Assembly: GCA_021814565.1 (NCBI GenBank)
Contig: JAKAIC010000001.1
Span: forward strand, 1-61,360
Direction of reading: 5' to 3'
DNA length: 61,360 bases
From: Actinomycetes bacterium
GTDB taxonomy: Bacteria; Actinomycetota; Actinomycetes; S36-B12; UBA5976
Within the stretch, counting starts at the first letter, position 1. Each line of letters starts with the position of its first letter. The notes beneath the pieces were generated by a model. The model made no database searches. It was not told where the DNA came from and was given only the letters and a program-made list of their open reading frames with translations. The position numbers and the translations under genes were made by a program. Below are positions 34,195 to 45,698 of this stretch, one piece after another.

Positions 34195-35972
34195 GGCGCA
34201 GCGAGTTCGGCCGCATCCTCGATCGCGTCCAAGCCGGTGGCGTCACGACGTATGTGGAAGGACTACTGCGTCCCGAGGGCAAGGGTGGGCGTCCGCGCCA
34301 GTTGACCGTTGCCGTGTTCTTGACGGCCGTCATTTGCGCGGTCGATGAGAAGGAAGGCAAGTTGTCGCTGACGAACGTGCACGACTTGCTCATCAACGGT
34401 CTTGCACGCTCATACCGCATCGTGCTGGGCATCACCTGGACGGATGATGCCGGCAATGATTGCTCAGTCACACAACGGCAGGTCCGCTACTTGCTGGAGG
34501 CGATCGAGCTCAAGCTCGCGCACACGCAGGGTCGTGCAGCGGACCTGACCGACGAAGACCGAGTCACCCGTGCCGCCGCCCTGCAGAACGTGCTGGACCT
34601 GCTCGTGCAGTCGAGCTTGCCCTCGCACCTTGCCGCTCCCGGCATCTACGCCTTGGATGGAACGGGTCTGGCGTCTTGGGGTAAGGGCCGCAAGCGCACC
34701 CCTGTCGACCCGAATGCGGACCACGCTGAAGACGATGACTTGACCATCAACGATGACAATGCCGAAACCGCACTGCACAAGCGGCTTGATCCGGACGCGC
34801 AGTGGGGTTATCAGACGAAGACGTATGACAACAAGACGAACTACTGCTTCGGCTACCACGCGTTCGCCATGGTCGGTCTAGACCCGGTCGGAGTTGACCC
34901 GGATATTCGACCCAAGCTCATTGAAGGCATCGCGTTGCGGCCGGCCAACGCCAACGCCATCGACCCGGCACTCACGCTCATCGACTCACTGATCGCTGCG
35001 GGACGTCCCGTCAACGAGTTGCTGTCGGACCGTGAGTTCTCCTACAAGTCTGAAGAATCGTGGGCCGGTCCGCTGCTCGATCGCAAGGTCGCACAGGTCA
35101 TGGACATCCACAGCAAAGGCCGTGGCGTCCGTGACTTCAACGGTGTCGCGATGATCGATGGCACCCCGCACTGCCGCGCCGTACTCGGTGACCGCGACGA
35201 CCTCATCATCATTGCGCGACCAGCGAACCTGTCGGCCGGCACGTTGAAGGCCAACGCCACCGATGAGGAACGCGAGGAGCACGCCACACGTGTGCGGGAA
35301 CTGGCCGAGTTCCGTGCCAAGATCGCGCAGCGGGAAGTCGCTGCGTTCCGACGTGTCTCCAGCGCGGACGAGAATGGCGACGAGCGTTGGGAATGCCCCG
35401 CCCAGGCCGGCAAAGTGATCTGCGCCAACTGCCCACTGTCCTTGGGCTACCCCAAGGACCGCCCCGTCGTTGCCGAACCGCACCAAGTGCCCGCGCTGCC
35501 ACCGCGCCCCACGCCGCCGGCAAAGCGCACCAAGCATGCCGTCGAGCAGCACCGGCAGGCACTCAAGGCGTACGAGAAGCAGGCTGATGTCTTGCGCTGC
35601 TGCCGTCAACGCACCATCACGATTCCCGGCAATGTCACACCCAAGCAGCGGCAACGCCTGTACTGGGGTTCGGATGCCTGGATCGAATCCTTCGCGCGCC
35701 GCACCCATGTCGAAGGCGTCTTCGGCAACATGAAGAGCACGAAGGGCGCGAACCTCAAGCGCGGCTGGATCTACGTCGTCGGCATCGTCAAGACGAGCAT
35801 CATGCTCGCCTGCGTCGCCTTCGCCACGAACTTGCGCCTGCTGCGCTCTTGGTCCGAACGCACCGGCGATGTGACCGACCCACTGTGCCAACCGCTACCA
35901 CCGTCGTTGGGCTTCGAAGAACTCGACGCCGACGGCAACCCCGACCTGGCCGTCGCGCCACCAGAGCAGTAA
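34191..35972 (+). CDS. Module copy 3, gene B: IS4-like DDE transposase
   Basis: Start placed at the ATGA overlap (MRRSEFGRILDRVQAGG), by analogy with copies 1 and 2. YALDGTGLASWGK, LLSDREFSYKSE, FARRTHVEGVFGNMK, RWECPAQAGKVICANCP. Confidence 0.75.
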   Translation: MRRSEFGRILDRVQAGGVTTYVEGLLRPEGKGGRPRQLTVAVFLTAVICAVDEKEGKLSLTNVHDLLINGLARSYRIVLGITWTDDAGNDCSVTQRQVRYLLEAIELKLAHTQGRAADLTDEDRVTRAAALQNVLDLLVQSSLPSHLAAPGIYALDGTGLASWGKGRKRTPVDPNADHAEDDDLTINDDNAETALHKRLDPDAQWGYQTKTYDNKTNYCFGYHAFAMVGLDPVGVDPDIRPKLIEGIALRPANANAIDPALTLIDSLIAAGRPVNELLSDREFSYKSEESWAGPLLDRKVAQVMDIHSKGRGVRDFNGVAMIDGTPHCRAVLGDRDDLIIIARPANLSAGTLKANATDEEREEHATRVRELAEFRAKIAQREVAAFRRVSSADENGDERWECPAQAGKVICANCPLSLGYPKDRPVVAEPHQVPALPPRPTPPAKRTKHAVEQHRQALKAYEKQADVLRCCRQRTITIPGNVTPKQRQRLYWGSDAWIESFARRTHVEGVFGNMKSTKGANLKRGWIYVVGIVKTSIMLACVAFATNLRLLRSWSERTGDVTDPLCQPLPPSLGFEELDADGNPDLAVAPPEQ

Positions 35973-36135
35973 CTGGACAAACCCAAGCAAGTACAACTGA
36001 ACGCAACCGTTCGCCCGCAGCCACAAGGCTCGCGGGCTTAGCGGCGTTCAACCCAACGCCGCGTCGATAGCGGATACATGTGGCATCGGAACTGCCAGGG
36101 CAGCACAATCCGTGAAATGACGGCCCGCAAAGCAC

Positions 36136-36181
36136 GAAACTCCCCGCGAGAACCCCTCAGGGGCTCCCATCGGGGAGTTTC
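36136..36181. repeat. Second copy of the GAAACTCCCCG...CGGGGAGTTTC hairpin; likely also the terminator of tRNA-Ser(CGA) on the minus strand
   Basis: Near-identical to 2947..2992. Lies 36 nt beyond the tRNA 3' end. Confidence 0.65.
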
Positions 36182-36216
36182 GTAAGCAGTTGCTCCCTAG
36201 TTTCGGAAACAACCCC

Positions 36217-36306
36217 TGGCGGTGACGGTGGGATTTGAACCCACGGTGAGCTTTCACCCACACACGCTTTCGAGGCGTGCTCCTTAGGCCACTCGGACAC
36301 ATCACC
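36217..36306 (-). tRNA. tRNA-Ser (anticodon CGA), CCA encoded
   Basis: Reverse complement folds as acceptor GGTGATG/CGTCACC, anticodon stem CACGC/GCGTG with loop CTCGAAA, a long variable arm, and T-arm GTGGG-TTCAAAT-CCCAC. Confidence 0.9.
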
Positions 36307-36352
36307 GCGGCGAACAATAGCGGAGGAGGCTGCAGCCGAAGAATCCGCTGCC

Positions 36353-36907
36353 TCAGAGCTGGGGGCAGCCCTTGCCGACCGCCTGTGCCGAAGGAATGGC
36401 GAGGATGACTTGGACCTGCGCATCGGGCGCCAGCTGCCCGAAGGCCTCACCCAGGACGAGGTCTATGGAGGCGTCCCCGGGCTTCTTCGTCGGATCATGC
36501 TTGAGCAGGGTCCCGGGGGCGTAGGCCGCCACTCGCTCCGCCGCTGCACGGCTGCCGCTGCCGTAGCGGATCTCGCCGATGCCCCGGATGTTGTCCTTGG
36601 ATGAGCCCACGATGCCTCCCTTGAAGCCCCGGGTCTTGAGGTCAATGGCGGTAATAGCGGCTAAGCCCACACGTTTCGTCGAGTTGTAGACGTTCACCGT
36701 GATCTGCGATGGCTTGGGCAGCACCTTGGCGGGGATGACCGACACGTACCGGCAGCCGGTTGTGGGATCCACCGCCTTGGCCCCCGGCTTCACCAGCCAC
36801 GCCAGACCGAAGCCGATGAGGAAGACGACGAGGAATGGGATTACGGCCCGCAGGCGATTGTTCCGTTCGACGCGGCGCTGGCGGGAACTCAATATCGGCC
36901 GCGACAT
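36353..36907 (-). CDS. LytR_C-domain membrane-anchored protein
   Basis: Start at MSRPILSSRQRR. TM helix AVIPFLVVFLIGFGLAWLV. ITVNVYNSTKRVGLAA...LKTRGF is typical of the LytR C-terminal domain. The longer tracked ORF would run through a tRNA gene. Confidence 0.7.
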   Translation of the reverse strand: MSRPILSSRQRRVERNNRLRAVIPFLVVFLIGFGLAWLVKPGAKAVDPTTGCRYVSVIPAKVLPKPSQITVNVYNSTKRVGLAAITAIDLKTRGFKGGIVGSSKDNIRGIGEIRYGSGSRAAAERVAAYAPGTLLKHDPTKKPGDASIDLVLGEAFGQLAPDAQVQVILAIPSAQAVGKGCPQL

Positions 36908-36958
36908 GTAAGACACGGCGACCTCCACTGGCTCCAACACGGTCCCGGCGGACCGCAG

Positions 36959-37046
36959 TGGCGGAGGATGCGGGATTCGAACCCGCGAGGCGTTTCCACC
37001 AACACGCTTTCCAAGCGTGCGCACTAGGCCACTATGCGAATCCTCC
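36959..37046 (-). tRNA. tRNA-Ser (anticodon GGA), CCA encoded
   Basis: Acceptor GGAGGAT/ATCCTCC, anticodon loop TTGGAAA, long variable arm, T-arm GCGGG-TTCGAAT-CCCGC. Confidence 0.9.
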
Positions 37047-37127
37047 GCGGCGAAGGTTACTGGGCCGGGCGTTGACGCCGAAATCCTGCGCCGGGCGGCC
37101 AAGCCGGTGTGCCGCCTACAATTGCGC

Positions 37128-37220
37128 CAGCCCCCCATGCGGTGGCAACACGCCCAATCCCCCCAGGGCCGGAAGGCAGCAAGGGTAAGCGTGCTCTGGC
37201 AGGTGCATGGGGGGCCCTTT
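37128..37220 (+). ncRNA. ffs: Signal recognition particle RNA (small/4.5S type)
   Basis: Closing helix CCCCCCATGC (37131..37140) pairs with GCATGGGGGG (37205..37214). Apical CCAGGGCC-GGAA-GGCAGCAAGGG matches the conserved SRP domain IV with its GGAA tetraloop. Position between tRNA-Ser and dnaX is typical. Ends are approximate. Confidence 0.8.
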
Positions 37221-37283
37221 CCGTCGCTCCACGCGCCACGGCAGGAAGTGCCGCTGTCGGCCCCGACGACTACCCTCGGGCAC

Positions 37284-39188
37284 ATGTCGCTCGCCCTGTA
37301 CCGCACCTACCGTCCAGGGCGGTTCGCTGACCTCATTGGTCAGGATCACGTCACCGTGCCGCTGATGCGCGCGCTCACCGCCAATCGTGCCCACCACGCT
37401 TACCTCTTCTCCGGGCCCCGCGGCTGTGGCAAGACCTCGAGCGCCCGCATCCTGGCCCGCTCCCTGAACTGCGAGCAGGGCCCCACTGCGGATCCATGTG
37501 GTGTGTGCCAAAGCTGTATCGAATTGGCACCCAACGGTCCCGGGTCCATCGACGTCATCGAACTCGACGCCGCCAGCAACCGTGGCATCGACCAGGCACG
37601 GGAGCTGCGTGAAAAGGCCGTGTACGCGCCTGCCGCATCGCGCTTCAAGATATACATCATCGACGAAGCACACCAGCTCACCACCGAAGCCGCGAATGCA
37701 CTGCTGAAGCTGGTGGAGGAGCCGCCGGAACACCTGCGCTTCGTGTTCGCAACAACCGAGCCAGACAAGCTGCTCGGCACCATCCGCTCACGCACACATC
37801 ACTATCCCTTCCGGCTGGTGCCGGCCAAGTTGCTCGTCGAGAACCTGGCCATGATCTGCGCCAAGGAAGGGGTTGCCGCCGATCCGGCAGCGCTTGCTCT
37901 GGTCGCGCGTGCAAGTGGTGGCAGCGTTCGCGACGCACAGTCCATCCTGGGCCAGCTGGTCGGCGGCGCCGGCGACGACGGCGTCACCTACACCGATGCG
38001 CTCTCGCAGCTGGGCTTCACCAGCGATCGACTGCTCGACGCGGTGCTCGACGCGCTCGGTACGGGTTCCGGCGCAGCCCTCTTCAACGTCATCGACGACG
38101 TCGTAACCGGCGGCCACGATCCGCGTCGCTTCGTCACAGACCTGTTGGAGCGCCTTCGCGATCTCATCATCCTGTCCGCGGCGCCGGAAGCTGCCGAGCA
38201 TGGGCTTATCGATGCCCCCGAAGATCGCTTCATGGTGCTCCGGGCGCAGGCGGAGACCCTTGGATTGCCAACGCTTTCCCGCGCTGCGGATACGGTGAGC
38301 GACGGCCTGAGCGCGTTGCGCGGTGCCACCGCGCCACGTCTGCAACTGGAGCTGCTCGCGGCCCGGCTGCTGCTGCCTTCCGGCGAAGCAGGAGTCGGCG
38401 CATTGGCCGCGCGTCTTGACGTCATGGAACGTCGGCTGTCTGCGCTCCCCGTGCATTCTGCCTCGGTTGCCCTCCCGGAGGCCTCGGAACCAGTTGCCGC
38501 GTCTGCACCGGCGCATGTGCCCGCGTCCAGCAAACCGCGCAAACTCTCGGATCTCGCACCCTCCAAGGCCGTGCAGTCCGCGGTGGATGCTGATCCGGTG
38601 CTGGCCGAACTGGCCGCCCCACTCCAGTCGGCGTCGGTCCCGGAGGCAGCTGGTCCAAAGGCGAACGTCGCGGCGGTGCCCGTCGATCTGGACTCAATCC
38701 GCACCTTGTGGCCCGCCGTGCTGGAGAGCGTGAAGGCCATTCCGGCTGGTGGTCGCACGGCCTGGACGGTCTTCGCCGATTCCGCGCCCAAGGGTGTGAA
38801 CGGCGATGAACTCGTCGTTGCCCTGCCTCAGCAGGGTTCATTCACCGTGGCCCGTTCCCGCAATCTCGACGCCGTGCTGGCCACGGCTGTGCAACAGGTG
38901 GTGCGCCGTGCCCTGCGCATCGACCTGGTACTCGATCAGGGAGCCAGGACCACCACACCCGCGCCCGCAGAGGCGCCTTCGGACAGCACCTCCACGCCGC
39001 CCCGCGCTGCCAAGGGGGCGCGGGCCCGTGCCATGGCGGCGGTAGCGGCCGAAGCGCCGGCGCCGGATGCCGTTCCCGACACTCCCTCCGTCGATGATGA
39101 AGACGCTGAGGACGTGTTGCGTGGCATCGAATTGGCCAAGCAGGCGCTGGGCGGCGTGGTCATTGCCGAAGTCGATGCGGACTCGTGA
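37284..39188 (+). CDS. dnaX: DNA polymerase III subunit gamma/tau
   Basis: [23 protein letters not shown], Walker [10 protein letters not shown], zinc module CGVCQSC, DEAHQL. Low-complexity Ala/Pro-rich C-terminal half. Confidence 0.95.
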   Translation: MSLALYRTYRPGRFADLIGQDHVTVPLMRALTANRAHHAYLFSGPRGCGKTSSARILARSLNCEQGPTADPCGVCQSCIELAPNGPGSIDVIELDAASNRGIDQARELREKAVYAPAASRFKIYIIDEAHQLTTEAANALLKLVEEPPEHLRFVFATTEPDKLLGTIRSRTHHYPFRLVPAKLLVENLAMICAKEGVAADPAALALVARASGGSVRDAQSILGQLVGGAGDDGVTYTDALSQLGFTSDRLLDAVLDALGTGSGAALFNVIDDVVTGGHDPRRFVTDLLERLRDLIILSAAPEAAEHGLIDAPEDRFMVLRAQAETLGLPTLSRAADTVSDGLSALRGATAPRLQLELLAARLLLPSGEAGVGALAARLDVMERRLSALPVHSASVALPEASEPVAASAPAHVPASSKPRKLSDLAPSKAVQSAVDADPVLAELAAPLQSASVPEAAGPKANVAAVPVDLDSIRTLWPAVLESVKAIPAGGRTAWTVFADSAPKGVNGDELVVALPQQGSFTVARSRNLDAVLATAVQQVVRRALRIDLVLDQGARTTTPAPAEAPSDSTSTPPRAAKGARARAMAAVAAEAPAPDAVPDTPSVDDEDAEDVLRGIELAKQALGGVVIAEVDADS

Positions 39189-39781
39189 TGTACGAGGGCA
39201 TCGTTCAGGACCTCATCGATGAGCTTGGCCGTCTGCCGGGTATCGGCCCCAAGAGCGCCCAGCGCTTGGCCTTCCACATCTTGCAGGCCGACCCCACTGA
39301 CGTGCACCGGCTCTCGCAACTGCTAGCCGAGGTGAAGGAGCGCGTGCGCTTCTGCAGCGAGTGCGGCAACGTCAGCGAGACCGAGGTGTGCCGCATCTGC
39401 CGTGACCCGCGTCGCGATCAGACGTCGATCTGCGTCGTGGAGGAGCCCAAGGACGTGCTGGCCATCGAACGCACCCGTGAGTTCCGTGGGAAGTACCACG
39501 TGCTGGGTGGGGCCATCAATCCCATCGACGGAGTGGGCCCAGACGATCTCCGCATCCGCGAACTGCTGCCGAGACTCAGTGACGGCACGGTCAAGGAGAT
39601 CATCATCGCCACCGACCCCAACCTCGAAGGTGAGGCCACGGCCACCTACCTGGCCCGGCTGCTAGGCCCCATGGGCCTCACGGTGAGTCGGCTAGCCAGC
39701 GGCCTGCCGGTGGGCGGAGACCTGGAATATGCCGACGAAGTGACCCTGGGTCGGGCCTTCGCTGGTCGCCGCACGGTCTGA
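39188..39781 (+). CDS. recR: Recombination protein RecR
   Basis: [24 protein letters not shown], zinc finger [16 protein letters not shown], Toprim [10 protein letters not shown]. The ATG overlaps the dnaX stop by 1 nt. Confidence 0.95.
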   Translation: MYEGIVQDLIDELGRLPGIGPKSAQRLAFHILQADPTDVHRLSQLLAEVKERVRFCSECGNVSETEVCRICRDPRRDQTSICVVEEPKDVLAIERTREFRGKYHVLGGAINPIDGVGPDDLRIRELLPRLSDGTVKEIIIATDPNLEGEATATYLARLLGPMGLTVSRLASGLPVGGDLEYADEVTLGRAFAGRRTV

Positions 39782-39889
39782 ATCTGGAGGGAAATCTCAA
39801 ATACTGGGCATTTTCCGTGTCTCATTATGTGGACATGCCTGAAAGCGGCGATTTCACCGTGCCACCATTTCCCTGCTCGAGGAAGGGGA

Positions 39890-42216
<2,327 letters not shown>

Positions 42217-42225
42217 CGCACTCCT

Positions 42226-42275
42226 GATCCGGTGTGAGCAGAGCGGCCGCGAGTTGCTGGTGCTCACACCGGATC
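42226..42275 (+). terminator. Hairpin with 15-bp perfect stem after asd
   Basis: GATCCGGTGTGAGCA ... TGCTCACACCGGATC with a 20-nt loop, 10 nt after the stop. Confidence 0.6.
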
Positions 42276-42311
42276 ATTGCGTTGGGCTGATGTCGCTGCT
42301 TCGATCGGTAC

Positions 42312-42674
42312 ATGCTCACCGTTGAATGCGTCACCATCGACTGCCACAATCCCGCACTGCTCGCGGATTTCTGGGCCGAACTTCTGGATTGGGAGATCGC
42401 ACAGCAGTCGGAGAGCGAGGCCGTACTCCAGCCGCGCAATCGTGAACTGGTGCTCTCCCAGGTGCTGCTCTTCCTCAAGGCACCCGACGACAAACTGACG
42501 AAGAATCGCCTGCACCTCGACCTACGCCCGGACAATCAGGCGGTGGAAGTGGCCCGTGCGGAAGCGCTCGGTGCCAAGCGGATCGAGATAGGACAGAGTG
42601 CCGATCCAGCCACCACCTGGGTGGTCATGGCTGACCCCGAGGGCAATGAGTTCTGCATCCTCCGCAGCCTCTGA
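42312..42674 (+). CDS. VOC/glyoxalase-like domain protein
   Basis: 120 aa. VTIDCHNPALLADFWAELLDW ... HLDL ... MADPEGNEFCI. Confidence 0.7.
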   Translation: MLTVECVTIDCHNPALLADFWAELLDWEIAQQSESEAVLQPRNRELVLSQVLLFLKAPDDKLTKNRLHLDLRPDNQAVEVARAEALGAKRIEIGQSADPATTWVVMADPEGNEFCILRSL

Positions 42675-44630
42675 TCAGCGCCGGGCACCGATCTGACCCG
42701 CCAGCAACTCGGGGTCCGCGCTGGGCAGTGAACAGGTGCTGTGCCGGCACACCATGGCCGTTCCCCGGGGACCGTCAGCGCTGCGCAGTACGACGGCACC
42801 GGGGGCGGTGGCCCGGAAGGCCAAGGCGGTGAGCTCAGGCGATGTGGGCAGGTGCAGGGTGATCTCCGCCGGCCCGTCCAGCAGGGCGCTGCACGCCGCC
42901 AGTGCCCAGCCCGCTGCCCGAGGCGTGCTGGTGGCGATCCGGGCCAGGGGAGCCAGCGCCCGGAGTGCCTGCCCACGATGTGTGGCCGATCCTGTGAGCG
43001 CGCTGTAGGTGAGCAAGGCGTGGGCCGCTGCTGACCAGCCTGAGGGTTCGGCGTTATCGCCCCATTCGCGGGGTCGCACAAGCAGGGTGGCACCGTCGGC
43101 GGGCGTGGTGTGGAAGCCGGCGTCTGCCGCCCGGAAGCGCTCGAGCACGGCGTCGAGCAGTTGCCCGGTGCGCGTGATCCACTCGCTGCGGCTGGTCACT
43201 TGGGCCAACGCCAACAGCCCCTCGGCAACATCGGCATAGTCGTTGAGTACACCCGGGCTGGATCCGGCCACACCGTGGATGGAGGTGCGCAACAACTGTG
43301 TGTCCGGCCGCAGGTGCACGCGCATCAGCAGTTCCGCAGCCTCTGCCGCCGCCGTGATCCACGCGGGTTCCTCGAAGAGTGCCCCGCATTCGGCCAGGGC
43401 CGCGATGGCCAGACCGTTCCAAGCCGCCACCACCTTGTCATCTCGGCCGGGACTCACCCGCCGCGCTCGAGCCGCCAACAGGCGCTCGCGGATGCTCCGC
43501 CAACGATCCCAATCCTCGGGATCGCGCAGCATGCGCAGTGTCGAATACTCGTGCTCGAAGCTGCCCGGCATCGACACGGACAGCAGTTGCTGTGCCCATT
43601 CGGCATCCTCCACGCCCAGCTCCTCGACCAGCTGCGCGGCGGACCACACGTAGAAGCGACCCTCAACGCCTTCGCTGTCGGCGTCGAAGGACGCGGCAAA
43701 GGCTCCCTCTTCGGTGCGCATGTGCTGCAACAGGAAGGACGCGGTGTCGCGTACCACCCGCTCCGCCAGCGGCGAGGCCGTCAAACGCCACCAGTGCGCG
43801 TAGACGCGGAGGAGCAAGGCATTGTCGTAGAGCATCTTCTCGAAGTGCGGAACCACCCACGCAGCATCCACGGAGTAGCGGGCGAAGCCGCCGCCCAATT
43901 GGTCGTACAGGCCGCCACGAGCCATGGCCTCGAGCGTGCTCTCTGCCATGGCCAAGGCCTGCCGATTGCCGGTACGCGCGGCCTCACGCAACAGGAACTC
44001 CAGGAGCATGGATGGCGGGAACTTGGGAGCGCCAGCGAAGCCGCCACGGGCATCATCGAACTGCCGTGAAAGCTGCTCCACGGCAGCGTCGAGAACTGAC
44101 TGGTTGATCTCGATACCCTCAAGCTCGACACCGGCGTTCAGGCGCAGGGCCTCGGAGAGTCGCGCGGCTGCACCGGAGATGTCGTCGCGCCGCTCCGACC
44201 AGGCCTCGCTGATGGCACGCAGTAGCTGGGGGAGCGAAGGCGAGCCCTGACGTGGCTCGGGCGGGAAGTAGGTGCCGGCGTAGAAGGGACGGGCCTGGTG
44301 ATCCAGGAACACCGTCATCGGCCAGCCGCCGCTTCCGGTGAGTGCCAGCGTGGCGTCCATGTAGATGGCGTCGAGGTCCGGCCGCTCCTCACGGTCAACC
44401 TTGATGCTGACGAACTGCTCGTTCATCTGAGCGGCGATCTGCTCATTCTCGAACGACTCATGGGCCATCACATGGCACCAGTGGCAACTCGAGTAGCCGA
44501 TGGAGAGCAGCACCGGCACATCACGTCGACGTGCCTCCGCGAAGGCCTCGTCGCCCCACTCGTACCAGGCGACGGGATTGTCCTTGTGCTGCAACAGGTA
44601 TGGCGAGGTGGCAGTGGCCAGGCGATTCAT
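42675..44630 (-). CDS. Thioredoxin-domain protein of the DUF255/YyaL type
   Basis: Start at [48 protein letters not shown]. Long alpha/alpha-toroid-like C-terminus. The upstream 72 codons of the tracked ORF were rejected. Confidence 0.85.
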   Translation of the reverse strand: MNRLATATSPYLLQHKDNPVAWYEWGDEAFAEARRRDVPVLLSIGYSSCHWCHVMAHESFENEQIAAQMNEQFVSIKVDREERPDLDAIYMDATLALTGSGGWPMTVFLDHQARPFYAGTYFPPEPRQGSPSLPQLLRAISEAWSERRDDISGAAARLSEALRLNAGVELEGIEINQSVLDAAVEQLSRQFDDARGGFAGAPKFPPSMLLEFLLREAARTGNRQALAMAESTLEAMARGGLYDQLGGGFARYSVDAAWVVPHFEKMLYDNALLLRVYAHWWRLTASPLAERVVRDTASFLLQHMRTEEGAFAASFDADSEGVEGRFYVWSAAQLVEELGVEDAEWAQQLLSVSMPGSFEHEYSTLRMLRDPEDWDRWRSIRERLLAARARRVSPGRDDKVVAAWNGLAIAALAECGALFEEPAWITAAAEAAELLMRVHLRPDTQLLRTSIHGVAGSSPGVLNDYADVAEGLLALAQVTSRSEWITRTGQLLDAVLERFRAADAGFHTTPADGATLLVRPREWGDNAEPSGWSAAAHALLTYSALTGSATHRGQALRALAPLARIATSTPRAAGWALAACSALLDGPAEITLHLPTSPELTALAFRATAPGAVVLRSADGPRGTAMVCRHSTCSLPSADPELLAGQIGARR

Positions 44631-44679
44631 TGGGCGGCCTCCCTCTGGGGCTTGATGGCGATGGTGTGCCGCAGGCCCG

Positions 44680-45180
44680 CTACATGCCGGAACGCAATGC
44701 CCGGATGGCGTCCAGCGCCTGATCGGCCTGGTCGACCGTGAGCACGAAACTGCTGCCATTGCTGAGTTCCAGTCGCAGACCCTCCCCAGCGCGGAGTACG
44801 ACAGCCTGCGCGCGCCGAAGCGGCAGGATGCGGTAGCCCCAACCACCCCACTGCAGGGGATGCACGGTGAGGTACTCCACCGAGATCACACGGCTCCAGG
44901 GGATGCGGCGAACCGGCCAACCGGGGCCAAAGCGCACGCGCAGCTCCGTGGCGTCGATCTCCACGGCCAAGCGGGACGACCAGATTGCCGCGACGACACC
45001 CAGCACCAACACCAGCACCGGCCCCAGCCAGCCAAGACCTTGCAGCTTCTTGCCCGGCTCGACGGTGAGGGCGTTGGCCATGACGATCAGGCCGAAGATC
45101 AGCGCGAAAATCGCCAGTAGGACACCGGCCAGTACCTGTGATCTGGCGCTGCCACGCCACAGCAGTTTCCCGCTCATCAC
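44680..45180 (-). CDS. Membrane protein with two TM helices and a PH-like C-terminal domain
   Basis: 166 aa. [18 protein letters not shown] and [17 protein letters not shown]. No catalytic motif. Confidence 0.55.
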   Translation of the reverse strand: MMSGKLLWRGSARSQVLAGVLLAIFALIFGLIVMANALTVEPGKKLQGLGWLGPVLVLVLGVVAAIWSSRLAVEIDATELRVRFGPGWPVRRIPWSRVISVEYLTVHPLQWGGWGYRILPLRRAQAVVLRAGEGLRLELSNGSSFVLTVDQADQALDAIRALRSGM

Positions 45181-45641
45181 GCACCGAGCGCGGCCCGCAC
45201 GGCAGCCGCCACGGCGGCGCCGTCGGCCCGGCCCGCAACCTGCGGTTGTAGCAGCTTCATGACGGCTCCCATGGCCTTCATGCCTTCCGCACCGGCTCCC
45301 TTGACCTCCGCGAGCGCGGCGTCGATGAGCTCCTGCAATTCCTCTGCGGACAACTGCGCAGGCAGGTAGCGCTCGAGCACCTTGAGTTCTGCCGCCTCCT
45401 TGTCGGCCAGATCGTGACGATTGGCAGCAGTGAAGGCCTCGATCGATTCACGACGCTTCTTGCCCTCGCGGGTGATGACGGTGAGTTCCTCGGCTTCCGT
45501 GAGTGTGCGAGCAGTCTTGCCGGCCACTTCCTCGTTCATGATGGCGGCAAGCGCCATGCGGATGGTGCTGCTCGCCAACTCGTCACGCGCTCTGATGGCT
45601 GCGGTGAGATCGTGCTGCAACTGTTCCTTCAAGGTGGTCAT
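45177..45641 (-). CDS. GatB/YqeY-domain protein
   Basis: MTTLKEQLQHDLTAAIRARDE...ITREGKKRRESIEAF...ELKVLERYLP. Only the last 154 codons of the 433-aa tracked ORF. Confidence 0.8.
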   Translation of the reverse strand: MTTLKEQLQHDLTAAIRARDELASSTIRMALAAIMNEEVAGKTARTLTEAEELTVITREGKKRRESIEAFTAANRHDLADKEAAELKVLERYLPAQLSAEELQELIDAALAEVKGAGAEGMKAMGAVMKLLQPQVAGRADGAAVAAAVRAALGA

Positions 45642-45698
45642 ACAGCAATCCTGCCATCCGGCGATGGCTTCAGCTCTGGAGCGTGTTTGGATGTGCCC

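Larger units (their letters stand above)
32087..36220 (+). mobile_element. Putative A-B transposon, copy III (minimal form), abutting tRNA-Ser
   Basis: GCCGGAGGGTCC at 32087..32098 versus AACAACCCCTGGC at 36208..36220 (inverse orientation). Contains only A3-B3 plus arms. Confidence 0.4.

Noticed and set aside
37017-37283. N-terminal extension of dnaX in the ORF track.
   Set aside because: It overlaps the tRNA-Ser 5' end and the SRP RNA. The conserved DnaX N-terminus starts at 37284.
36353-37306. 317-aa minus-strand ORF extending over tRNA-Ser(GGA).
   Set aside because: The upstream part runs through a well-folding tRNA gene. Only the C-terminal 184 codons, from MSRPILSS with a TM helix and LytR_C motif, look like a real protein.
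44631-44846. 72-codon N-terminal extension of the thioredoxin-domain ORF.
   Set aside because: The family-typical N-terminus ([15 protein letters not shown]) begins at 44630. The extension is Arg/Cys/Ser-rich with no signal-peptide character.
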